Below, piece after piece: positions 38,988 through 49,195 of a stretch of 52,183 nt of DNA (position 1 is the first letter of the stretch; each line of letters starts with the position of its first letter). Below the pieces are notes generated by a model. The model saw nothing but the letters and a program-made list of their open reading frames with translations, was not told where the DNA came from and ran no database searches. Position numbers and translations under genes: made by a program. The DNA lies in contig CM068778.1 in NCBI GenBank assembly GCA_035084275.1, positions 1,550,001-1,602,183 of the forward strand, read 5' to 3'. This DNA is from Hydrolagus colliei. Its lineage: Eukaryota.

Positions 38988-39217
38988 CACAGCGTGAGAG
39001 AGAGACAGATCTCTCATACATAAACCTCACACAGGATGCACAAAATTTACCCACAAAAACAGAGTCTCCCCCACCACCGCCACCTCTCCGCCCTACACAC
39101 ACCTGCGCTCTTGACTCTTCAAACGCAACAAGTGTAATTTTGCAGTTGTGATTAGTGTGCCCTCTGTCTTTCCATCTCAGAATCTGGCGATGACTTTGCA
39201 TCTGGCTGTGTCTACTG

Positions 39218-39236
39218 CGGCCACCAGGCGGTGCCA
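39218..39236 (+). promoter_or_regulatory. Candidate CTCF site between the V array and D
   Basis: CGGCCACCAGGCGGTGCCA versus CTCF core TGGCCACCAGGGGGCGCTA; motif match only. Confidence 0.45.
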
Positions 39237-39354
39237 CTGAGCAACCAGAAGGACGTCCATCTCAATAGCTCCCTGTACTGTACCCTCTTCTTAACATGTC
39301 CTATATTAACAGTAAAACCTCTATATAGTCTGATATTAACACGCACACCTCTAG

Positions 39355-40500
39355 ATCATAAAATCATAGAATCTTACGGCACAAAAAGAGGCCATTTGGG
39401 CCATCGAGTCTGTGCCGACTTTTTGCAAAATTCAATCCCACTCCCCAGTTCTCTCCCCATACCGTCCTTCCAAAATAAATGTCTACCTCCCCGCTGCTTT
39501 TTTTAAAAACTATTTTAAATCTGTGACCACGAGTCACTGACACACCCACCAGTGGAAACAGTTTTTCCCTGGGTATCCTATCGAATCCCCTCATGATCTT
39601 AAAAACCTCTATCAGGTCTCCTCGTAACCTTCTCTGCTCCAATGAGAATAAGCCTAGCCTCTCTAGCCTTTCCTCATAGCAGAAGTCCCTCATTCCTGGC
39701 GCCATCCTGGTAAATCTCCTCTGCACCCTTTCCAATTCCTTAACATCCTAAAGTGTGGTAACCATCACTCCCACCCTCACCCATCTCCACTGGCTCCCCA
39801 TCCCCCCCAGACGGTCGAAATCAAGATCCTTGTCCTCACTTTCAAGCCCATTCACGGCCTTGCCCCGCCTATCTCTCCGACCCGCTGTCTCCCCATCCCC
39901 TCCGTTCAGCGGGCTCTGCTCCATGTCCCCCACCCAAACCACCCAACCATCGATGGCCGGGCTTTCAGCCTCTCTGCCCCTACACTCGGGAACTCCATCC
40001 CGCAATCCCTTTGCCTCACTTCCTCCCTTTCCTCCTTTAAGGCCGGTCTCAAGACCTTCCTCATCGACTGTGCCTTCTGCTCTTCTAACTCTCCCCCCTC
40101 TCCTACTCTCCTTCCCCCCACCCCGACCCCTGACCCCCTTCTTTGGGTCCCTACCTAACTGTTCAGCACCTTGTGACATCCTCCCGATGTGAAAGGCGCT
40201 CTAGAAATGTAATTTTGTTGTTGACCTCTTGCCTTTTGTACTCTATTCCCCTGTTTATAAAGCCTAGTGTCCCGTATGCTTTTTTAACAGCCTTGTCTAC
40301 CTGTCCTGCCACCTTCAAAGAACCACTTGCACAAACCCCCGGATCTCTCTGTTCCTTCGCACTCCTTAAAATTACTAATTATTTAAATTACTAAGTATTA
40401 TCTAGCCTATATTGCCTCCCCTAATTTCTCCTCCCAAAATGCATCACCTCACATTTCTCCACATTAAATTTCATCTGCCATGTGTCTGCCCATTTTACCA
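39355..40500 (-). mobile_element. Degraded CR1 LINE 3' fragment (39355-~39750 and ~40225-40500), split by an L2-like insert
   Basis: ORF 39364-39735 ([10 protein letters not shown]...LFSLEQRRLRGDL) and 40421-40651 (KWADTWQMKFN) match the CR1 ORF2 C-terminus seen at 1809-2942. Confidence 0.8.
39752..40222 (+). mobile_element. L2-type LINE 3' fragment nested in the CR1
   Basis: ITPTLTHLHWLP resembles the L2 ORF2 C-terminal HITP-L--LHWLP motif; ends with the tail GATGTGAAAGGCGCTCTAGAAATG. Confidence 0.7.
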
Positions 40501-40504
40501 TTCT

Positions 40505-40655
40505 GTCTATATCTGATATTAGTCTGATATTAAGAGTGACACCTCTATATAGCCTGATATTAACATAGACATCGCTATATATACTGATACTAACACTGGC
40601 ACCTCTATGTAGTCTGGTATTTACACTGAGTCCTCTATACAACACTGACACCTAT
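40505..40655. repeat. ~30-bp minisatellite (TATAGTCTGATATTAACACTGACACCTC-like), further copies at ~39305-39355
   Basis: About 4-5 degenerate tandem units visible. Confidence 0.7.
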
Positions 40656-40753
40656 CGGTTTATATCTATTGTTGCCATGTGAATGGGGGGAGTGTGGGTT
40701 GGGGAGGGGTGTTTTGTGGACTTTCTGTCTCCCTCCCTCTCTTTGTCGCTGGG

Positions 40754-40835
40754 TGTTTTTGAACGAGTGTTTCACATTGTGGGGACAACAGGGAGCCACT
40801 GTGATACATCTCTCACTGACAGCTGTACAAAAACT
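40754..40835 (+). CDS. TRBD: D segment GGGACAACAGGGAGC (40782-40796) with 5' 12-RSS and 3' 23-RSS
   Basis: 5': TGTTTTTGA-12-CATTGTG; 3': CACTGTG-23-ACAAAAACT. Begins GGGACA like the conserved vertebrate D-beta; open in all three frames (GTTGS, GQQG, DNRE). Confidence 0.93.
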
Positions 40836-41127
40836 AGGGGTGGGAGGGTTGTCTGAGTTAGGTCGATCACAGGTGGCATTTACGGGTAAACTTCTCATTA
40901 GAATTAGTTGTAGAGCACGAGAGAGAGAGAGTGAGAGGAGAGATGCTCGGAGTAAGAGGTAGGGACGTTTTGGAAGAGAACGATACAGGGAATGAGGAGA
41001 ACAATCAACAGAGAGGCAGCAGGAGACACAATGACAAGAGATTCGGTGAATAGGAGGCATAGGGAAAATGTGGAAAGGAGAGCGAGGATGGAAACAACAG
41101 TGAAAATAATCCTTGGATTTGATAATA

Positions 41128-41290
41128 GGGTCTTATCACGTCTTCTAGAGTCTCAAAGTACTTTACAGAATCTACTGTAACGTGAATTAAATGTATATTT
41201 TGTGCGTGACGCACTTGCACTGGTTGGGAATCGAATCCAGGTCCTCTGGCTTGCAAGGCAAGCGGTCTAAACCATTTCAGCTACGCGACC
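41128..41290 (-). mobile_element. tRNA-derived SINE between D and J1
   Basis: Reverse complement has A-box/B-box-like elements (TAGCTGAAATGG ... GGATTCGATTCC) followed by a body shared with other copies in the J-C region. Confidence 0.7.
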
Positions 41291-41451
41291 CCTCAACAGT
41301 TGTGTGAGACCAGGAGTGAGAGAGAGGCAGAGAAAAGGAGTGAGATAGAAGGAGAGCCAGAGGGAAAGAGGAGCGAGAGAGAGAGAGAGAGAGAGAGAGA
41401 TGGGGGAGAAAAGAGACGGGGAGTGTTTTGGTCAGTCGTTGACATGGTGTG

Positions 41452-41499
41452 CAAACTCCATTGCCTACTTCGGAGATGGAACCAAACTTAGAGTCCTGA
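41452..41499 (+). CDS. TRBJ: J1: NSIAYFGDGTKLRVL
   Basis: FGxG motif; 12-RSS TGTTTTGGT-12-TGGTGTG at 41424-41451; phase-1 donor GTAAGT. Confidence 0.92.
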   Translation, partial: QTPLPTSEMEPNLES

Positions 41500-41664
41500 G
41501 TAAGTATTGATTAGATGTCAGGGTCTGTCTCTTTCTCTCTCTGCGTCCTTGTCTCTGTATTTCACCCCCTCTCTGTCCCTGTCACCCCTCCTCTCTCTCT
41601 CGCTCTCTCTCTGTGTTCCACTCTCTCTCAGCTGTGAGATATGTGTCAGATATTGCTTGCTGTG

Positions 41665-41710
41665 TACAATCCTGCGTACTTCGGTGGAGGCACAAAACTG
41701 GCCGTTTACA
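41665..41710 (+). CDS. TRBJ: J2: YNPAYFGGGTKLAVY
   Basis: FGxG motif; heptamer TGCTGTG 41658-41664, weak nonamer; phase-1 donor GTGAGT. Confidence 0.88.
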
Positions 41711-41929
41711 GTGAGTTACAATACGTTTTTCAATCTCTGATAAGGTTTTCGCCTCCAAATCCCAACCCCTGCTGTCCTGCCTTCGTGTCTGCTCGCTCTC
41801 TCCCACACTAGAACTCTCCGTTCCAATCCCATTACTCTTCTCTCCCTCTCTCTCTCTCTCGCTTGCTCCTCCGCCCCCAAACCCAGTCTCTCTCTCTCTG
41901 TCTCAGTCTCCCTCTTTCTCCGGCTGCCT

Positions 41930-42235
41930 GTCAATCTGTCCGTCCGTCCGTCTGTCTGTCTGTCTGTCCATCTGTCCTTCTGTCTGTCTGTCTGTCTGTC
42001 CATCCATCCGTCTGTCTGTGTCTCTTTCTCCCAAGTTTCTCTTACTCCGGGTCTCCCTCACACCCTCTTTCTCTACTGTAATTGTAACCCACAACTCTGT
42101 CTGTCCATCTGTCTGTCTGTCCGTCTGTCTGTCTGTCCGTCTGTCTGTCCATCCGTCTGTCCATCTGTCTGTCCATCCGTCTGTCCATCTGTCCATCCAT
42201 CCGTTCGTCCATCCGTCTGTCTGTCTGTCTGTGTC
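41930..42235. repeat. (TCTG/TCCG/TCCA)n microsatellite blocks
   Basis: Tetranucleotide arrays at ~41930-42020 and ~42098-42235. Confidence 0.9.
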
Positions 42236-42310
42236 TCTCTTTCCCCGTGTCTCCCTCTCCGCTCTCCTCTCTGTCTACCTCTTTCCCTGCTGCAGTTGTC
42301 TGTCTCTGCG

Positions 42311-42363
42311 CTCCTCTGATGCAAACTACTTTTGAAATGGAACAAAGGAGTTAATTGTTATTG
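42311..42363 (+). pseudogene. TRBJ: Probable pseudo-J: DANYF*NGTKELIVI
   Basis: TTT TGA AAT GGA ACA AAG reads as FGxGTK with GGA mutated to TGA; donor-like GTTAAG; no recognisable RSS. Confidence 0.55.
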
Positions 42364-42594
42364 TTAAGGTTGAGTTTATTTATCTGGTTCAAACTGAGCA
42401 TTAATGTCTCAGTCCATATCTCTAATTGTCTCTCTGTCAGCCTCTCACTGTCTGTTTGTGTGTAACTCTCAGTGTCTAGTTTTTCCTTGTCTGAGTCTCC
42501 ATGTCTCCCAGTCTATCCACATCTCTCCTTATTTTGCTTGTCTTGCGTTGTCTCGGTCTCTCTCTGTCCCTCTCAGTCTCAGAGAGTCTAGACA

Positions 42595-45500
42595 TAATAA
42601 TAATCCTTGCTTTTCATATCACGCCTTATCACATCTTCAACACGGTTCAAAGAATATACAGTAAAATGAATTGATTGTGTATACTGTGGACAAAATGTGG
42701 CACCCCATTGCGCACAGCAGAGTTTCACAAACAGCCGTACATTGAATGACCCAATTATAATTTAAAAATTGAGAATCTACTCTCTCTGTGTCTCAGTTTC
42801 CATGTCTCTGCCATGTCTCTGCCATTCTCAATCTCTCGTTCATTCAGTCTCTCAGTCTCTCTCTCTCTCTGTCTGTCTCTCTGCTTCACAAAGTCTCGCT
42901 TTCTCCATTTCTAATCCTCTCAGCCACTCTGCCCTGTCTGTCAGTATCTCTCTATCTATTTCCTCGCTTTGTCTCAGTTTCTTTCTTTATCTCTCTCTCT
43001 GTCTCAGTCTTTCTCTCAGTCCCTTTGTCTAATTCTCTAAGTCTCTGTCTGTCTCCGTTTGTCTCTCCTAATCTCTTTCTGCCCCCATTTCAGTCTCTAC
43101 CTCTGAGTTTCTTGCCCTCTTTATTTGTCTGTCAATTTTCCTCTCTCTCTGTAAGGCAGACTGTGAGTATGAGATACAGCAATGATATATAAAAAAACAA
43201 TGCAGATACATAAGAAAGTGTACAGGAAAATGGCTGAGAGAGAGGTCTATTCCTGCTCTGAAATTGGTCTTTGCTTTGGGGGTCAGAAACATGGAAGGAA
43301 CAGCTGAGGGGTTTGGTGAGATAATAATAATAAAAATAAGAATAAAAATCTTTGTGTTTGATATAGTGCTTTGTAAAGCGAATCGACTGTTTATTTGTGG
43401 GTGAAACACGGCAGCCAATGTCCCCACAAACAGTCGTGGATCGAAAATGACCAATTCATTCTCGTTCGTTTGAGATGGTTTTGAACTGGACCCAGATTTA
43501 CAGACAGAATTATAGTGGGACTGCAGCTGACAAAATTGGTCCCAGTGTTAGAAATGGAGATAAGGAACGAACAGAGCAGCGAGTTGGCAAGATGGAGGGA
43601 TCATCTGAAATAAATTTGTTCCTGGCTTCAGAGGTTGAAACACAGAGAGGAATTTGAGTCCTGAAGCTCAGTGGTTAGAGCACTCGCCTTACAAGCGAGA
43701 AGCAAGGGAGAGCAAGTTCCCTTATTCCACACGTCCAATAATAATCCCTCAAAAAAACAAGAAACAATAATAAATTGGTCATTTCAATCCATGACTGTTT
43801 GTGGGACAAATACTGTGTGCAATTGGCTGCCGTGTTTCACCCACAAATATACCGTCAATTCACTTTACAGTGAGCGAAACACAGACTGTCCAGCACCTTG
43901 GGAAGTCCTCCCAAGCTGAAAGCCGCTATACAAATATAATCTTGTTGTTGTTTTCAGTATATTCTGTGAAGCGCTTTGAGACGTGTCTCTAGGGGCAGGG
44001 GCTGGTGGAGTGAGGGGGAAAGTAAACTGGGGAGCCTAAAGCGATTTGAAAACAGATGAGAGGATCTTGAAGTCGATCTGTTTGGAAATTGGGAGCCAGT
44101 TTGGCCTGGCAAGGTCCAGTGTGATGGAGGTACGGAGTTTGGTGAGGGTTAGTATCTGGGTGTCCGATTTCCAAATTAAAACTATGAACCTTGAGTTAGA
44201 AACCGAGTCGTAGAATAGAAATGTTATGTCTCCGAAGGGGAAGAAATGGTGTTTCAGCTGTGCAGAGTGTTAGTCAGACCCCATCTGGAGACTGCATTCA
44301 GTTGGGAAAGTTACTACTAATAATAATAATCCTTGCAGTTGCTATAGATGCTTTTCACATCTTATCAATGTCTCAAAGCGCTTCACGGAATATACTGTAA
44401 CATGAATCGATTGTATATTTGTGGGCGAAATGTGGCAGCCAATTGCGCGAGGCAGTTTCCTACAAACAGTCGTGGATTGAAGTGAGCAATTTTTATTATC
44501 GTGTTTTGTTTTTTTGGATGGATTATTATCAGGATTGTGGAGCAAGGAGACTTGCCCAAGATATATTGGCCCTGGAGGGAGGGCAGCCCAGGTTCACCAG
44601 AACGTGACCGAGAGATTGAGAAGTTGAGGTGTGGTTCGATTGAGATATTTAAGATGATAAAGGGATTTGATAGGGAAGATACAGTGAAGCTATTTTCTCT
44701 GGTGGGAGAATCCAAAACAAGGGGGCCCAGTCTTAACATTGGAACCAGGCCATTTAAGTGTGAGCAGTTTTTTCACTCAAAGGTTTGGTAGAAATCTGGA
44801 ATTCTCTCCCCCAAAAGGTCATTTTGCATGTTGGATCCATCCACACCTTCAAAGAGTGAGGTTGATGGGTGTTTGGTGGATCAGGGTGATACTGGGAAAG
44901 AAAGCGGGAAATTGGAATTGAAAGGATTAGTAGGATTAGCCATGATCTAAGGAAATGGCAGAAGAGGCTCTAAGGGCTGAATGGCCTCCATCTGTTCCTA
45001 TTCTCCTGTGTTCCTAGAAGGAAATCATTGGTCCATTGTGTCTGCTCTCCCTGAGTCCCTCAAGAACAATCCTTTCGGTCCCACTCACCTACCCTTTCCC
45101 CGCACCTTTGTCATGTCATGTCTAGTTCTCTCTCAAACGACGATATGAATTCTGTCACCAGCACTTCTCCTGCCAGGATATTCCATATCCTAACCACGCT
45201 GTGTACACAAAATTCTCCTAAACTACCCAACTTGCTCTTTTTTTACCAAGTATCTTAAGTTGAGAGTTGATGGACTTCAGTTATGGGAGACAAGAGAGAC
45301 TGTGATTCTTCTCCTTTAGAGCAGAGAAAGGTTGAGGGGAGATTTAATAGAGGTGTTCAAAATTGTGAAGGATTTTGATAATAATAATCCAGAATAGTCA
45401 GAGTATTTGATATAGCAACTTTTCAAGTCTTCTAGATGTCTCAACACGCTTCACAGAATATACTGTAGAGTGAATTCACTGCATATTTTGGGGGTGACAC

Positions 45501-45660
45501 ATTGCACACAGCAGCATACGCTCAAACAGTCATAGATTGAGTGATCAAATTATTAATGTGGTCTGAGGGATACTTATTAGGGGGTCAGGAAACTTGCTCA
45601 AGGTTTTGCCTTGCCTGGAATCGAACCTATGTCTAACCACTGAGCTACAGGACTAGTTGG
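42595..45660. mobile_element. Cluster of related tRNA-SINE/L2-tail copies (approx. 42595-42760 minus, 43320-43460 minus, 43660-43990 plus, 44320-44560 minus, 45385-45660 minus) interleaved with CR1 fragments (approx. 44190-44320, 44590-45010, 45020-45380)
   Basis: Shared body (AATAATAATCCCTC...CACAAATATAC...GTGAAGCGCTTTGAGACG); tRNA-like heads at 43666-43700 and ~45615-45650; CR1 C-terminal sequence (GATTTGATAGGG...GAATGGCCT). Confidence 0.7.
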
Positions 45661-46673
45661 TAGAACCATCCAGTCTCTCTAGTCTCTGCACATATTGTAG
45701 TCATTCCTCTTGTGGTATCAGTCTTTTAAATATTCTCCTTTAAAGTCTGGTGCCCAATATCCCTCCTTCTCCCTGTCTCTGCCTGTCCATCTCTCTGTCT
45801 CTCGCGGGATATAAATTATATAAATATAATTTGTGATTGTACACCAAATGTTTAATGACTGCTTTCTGCTGGGAACCTGAGCTAAAAGGCTCATTGGAAA
45901 TCTCTTCCAGACACTTATTTTCTATGACTAGATTTCCCTTTCCACTTCCACCTTACACTAACTACTCTTTTGTTTTCAATACGTGGTTCTAATCTATTGA
46001 TGTTTTCCTATATGTTGCCTGTCAACCATTTCTCACATCCCTTCTTGGTCTATTAAGCATCCAGGGTTGTTGCTTTTATGTCTATACTTTCTATTCCAAG
46101 TCTGATTTTCTTCAGTATTATTACCTTTACATTGATTATCTGCTGCAAAATTGGGCATGGGTGCTGAGGGGTTGGGGGGAGCTGGGGTACTAGACAGAGA
46201 CAAATTGATAGACAGAGATATAGAGAGAAAAAGAGAGAGAAAGAAGATACCAGTAGATAAATAGATAGACGGAAATACAGAGCAAAACAGGGAGACAGAG
46301 AAAGACAGATATATTGTGAGAGAAAAGGGTAGGGAGATAGATGCAAGGGCAGAGACAGAGAAGGTCAGAGAGAGACAGCGAGATGGAGAGAGAGAAAGAG
46401 ACAGTAAGAGAGACAGAGAGAGAGATGGGGAGGGTCAGGGTGGATTAGACAGAGAGACGCAGAAAGAAAGATATTGACGGACAGAGATACAGAGTGGCAG
46501 AGAGTAAGAGATAGAGAGATCAAAAGAAACACAGAGATGGACTGACAGAGATTCCATTCTCACTTCCCTCCTTCAGTCTCTCTTATTCTCTCTCCTTCTT
46601 GCCCCCCACTTTTCTATTTCTCTCTCATTCTCTTTCTGTCTTTCATTTTCATTCTTTCTCATTCTCTTCCTAC

Positions 46674-46719
<46 letters not shown>

Positions 46720-46759
46720 GTCATCCCCTCTCATTCTTTGTCTCCCGTTGCTCTCTCAG

Positions 46760-49195
46760 AGAAAGATGAAGTCCCACAAGATCCCAAAATCTTCCTCTAC
46801 CACGCATCGGAGGAGGAGCTGAGGAATGAGAAATGGGGAACCTATGTGTGTCTTGTCTCTGAGTTTTTCCCAGACACAGTTGAGATAGAGTGGAAAATTG
46901 ATGATAAGCTGGTAAGTCTCTGGCAGAGTGCTAAACAATTCAATAGCCACAACAAAATTATCAGCACATTTGGAGGACATCAGCTCATCGGTTGGAGCAC
47001 TCAACTTGCAAGCAAGATACACACACACACGCACACAAATGCACACTAATAATAGTGCCTAATAATAATCCCTCAAAAGAAAAAACACCAGTAATTTGGT
47101 CACTTCAATCTGCTCCAAGGATGAAAACCTCTCTTGCCTCTCCTGCTAACTAAAGTCCCTCATTTATTGACCATACTAGTCAATCTCCCTTGCACGCTCT
47201 CCAATGCCTTGACTATGGTACGGGGCCCAGAAATGAATAAGAGTAAGCGGTGTTTCATCGAGGTTCATCCAAACTTCCTGGCTTTTGCATTCCGGGCCCC
47301 AATTCATGAAGCCTAACAAACCATAAGCTTTTGTAACAGCTTTGTCTACCTGTCCTGCCACCTTCAAATATTTAGTTATATGATCTCCCGAGGTCCCTCT
47401 GTTCCTTCACCTCCTTTTAAGATTCTTCCATTAATCTTACACTGCCCCTGCTTATGCTTCCTTTCAAAGTGCATCACTTCACATTTCAATCCACGTTGAA
47501 TTTCATCTGCCACATGTCTACCCGTTTTACCAGTCTGTCTGGGCACTTTTACTGACTGCCCCTGAAATGGTCCGAGACATTTCCGAATGTGCCTCGTTTT
47601 CACAGGTTAATCAGGACAGCGACAGAATAATCCGGACAGACTCAAAATCTGTGGAGAAAGAAAATGATCGTTTGTATTCTGTGACCAGCCGCCTTCGTCT
47701 CTCTGTACATCACTGGTCATTGGCCAAAACTGTAGCTTGCCATGTCAACCATGTCCAGAATGGACAAACTAAAAGGACGTTTTCGAAAAATTTGAAAGTA
47801 ACTGGAGGTAAATATATGTATATATGTGTGTGTATGTATCATTGTCTGACCCACGTAGAAAACCAACAACATGATCAGTCAGGCATCTGATTCACACAAA
47901 ATCCTACATCACTATTTAGCCAAGTGTATATTTTGGTAACCTATAAGATCCTCAAGGAGCTTGACAGGGTACATGTTGTGAGACTCTTTCCCTCGGTTGG
48001 AGAATCTAAAACTTAGGGTCGTAGTGTCTGGATGAAAGCTCAGCCTTTTTGAACTGCGTTGAGAAAACGATTCTTCAACCCAGTGAATTTATGGAATTCT
48101 CTACCCCCCCAGAAAGCTGTGGATGCTCATTCACTGAACATTGCTCCAGGCAGGACGAAACCTTGGGAAAGTTTCCTTACCCACACGTCCAATAATAATC
48201 CCTCAAGAAAAATAATGAATTGGTTATTTCAATCCACGTGGAGACACTGCTGTGCACAACTGGCTGCTGCATTTCGCTCACAAATATACAGTCACTTCAC
48301 TTTACAGTATATTCTGTGAAGCACTTTGAGACGTCTAGAAGATGTGAAATACACTACATCAAATGCAGGGATTAATATTATTATTATATTATTATACAGT
48401 AAAATGTAATGATTTTTTTCATTTGTTCCCCCTCTAGGAATCTGTTACTCCTTGACAAAAGGTGAGTGGGACAGACCAAATACAATGTCCTAGATATGTA
48501 AGGGGATGGATTGAGATAAGAGAGGGCGATAGGTGAAGCTTGAGGAGTAGTGGGTGGGTTGAGGTGTGAGAGGGAGACAGATAGAGACTTTGGAGTCGGG
48601 GGAAGGATTGAGGTGTGAAAGGGAAATAGATGGAGATTTGGGGGAGTCAGGGATGGATTGAGATACGAGAGGGAAATGGATAGAGACTTGAGGGAAGTCA
48701 GGGGATGGATTGAGATGCGACAGGGAGATGGATAGACTTGGGGGAATCAATCGATGGATTGAAAGGGAGATGGGTGGAGACTCAAAGGAGTCAGGGGATG
48801 CATCGAGGCATGAGAGGGAGATGGGTAGAGACTTGGGGGAGTCAAGATGGATTGAGGTGTGAGAGGGAGATGGATAGAGACTTGCAGAGACAGGGATAGA
48901 TTCATTACCTTGTTTCTGTTGTTTTTAGATGAGATACAGGAAAGCATGGTGGTTGGAAAATTAACCTATCTAATCCTTGCTTGTAAAAGTGTCCTCTATG
49001 GGGTTATCATATCGTTCATTGCATGGAAAACCAAGGTAGGAACAACATATTTTGACTTGAGTGTGTGTTGTTGTGAAGCTCTGAGACGTATGTGTGGTGT
49101 GAGCGCAAGTCATTGTGTGAATTTAAAGCTAAATTAGATTTTTACTGGGTTTTTTTCCTCCCCCTTAGTCTGTTTCCGGGAAGCGATTTGACTAA
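46760..49195 (+). CDS. TRBC: TCR beta-type constant gene, 5 exons: 46760-46911, 47606-47807, 48438-48461, 48929-49035, 49169-49195
   Basis: All GT-AG and phase-compatible (1/0/1/1/0). Spliced product: KKDEVPQDPKIFLYHASEEEL...YVCLVSEFFPDTVEIEWKIDDKL|VNQD...YSVTSRLRLSVHHW...ACHV...TG|GICYSLTK|DEIQESMVVGKLTYLILACKSVLYGVIISFIAWKTK|SVSGKRFD*. Interchain Cys present; single TM Lys within a Y-x(6)-K-x(3)-Y CART-like pattern. Confidence 0.93.
47100..47560 (-). mobile_element. Degraded CR1 fragment in the intron splitting the C Ig domain
   Basis: ORFs MKVAGQVDKAVTKAYGLLGFMN and KCEVMHF match the CR1 RT C-terminus. Confidence 0.75.
47940..48385 (+). mobile_element. CR1 fragment (~47940-48140) followed by a SINE body (~48140-48385)
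   Basis: FFNPVNLWNSLP is CR1-like; then the CCACACGTCCAATAATAATCCCTC...GTGAAGCACTTTGAGACG SINE body. Confidence 0.65.
48503..48890. repeat. ~50-bp G-rich minisatellite, about 8 copies, in the C intron before the TM exon
   Basis: Repeating GGATGGATTGAG...GAGGGAGATGGATAGAGACTTGGGGGAGTCA units. Confidence 0.85.

Noticed and set aside
53-39026. Regularly spaced conserved repeats with variable inserts (superficially CRISPR-like)
   Set aside because: The units are ~1.4-kb spliced Ig V genes with RSS in eukaryotic DNA; there are no short direct repeats with spacers and no cas genes.
41221-41290. tRNA-like sequences (Ala-TGC-like here; Val-TAC-like at ~43666-43700)
   Set aside because: The acceptor stem or T-arm is incomplete and each continues into a SINE body, so these are SINE heads rather than tRNA genes.
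41716-43192. ORFs such as MDRQTDRQ... and Ser/Leu-rich ORFs (also 50107-50532 and 51298-51612)
   Set aside because: Translations of TCTG, CT and TG microsatellites; not genes.
40754-49195. Assignment as TCR delta, TCR gamma, NAR-TCR or Ig
   Set aside because: The D begins GGGACA with 12/23 RSS, the TM has a single Lys in a beta-type CART pattern (alpha/delta have Arg plus Lys), gamma has no D, and there are no tandem V exons or WGxG J.
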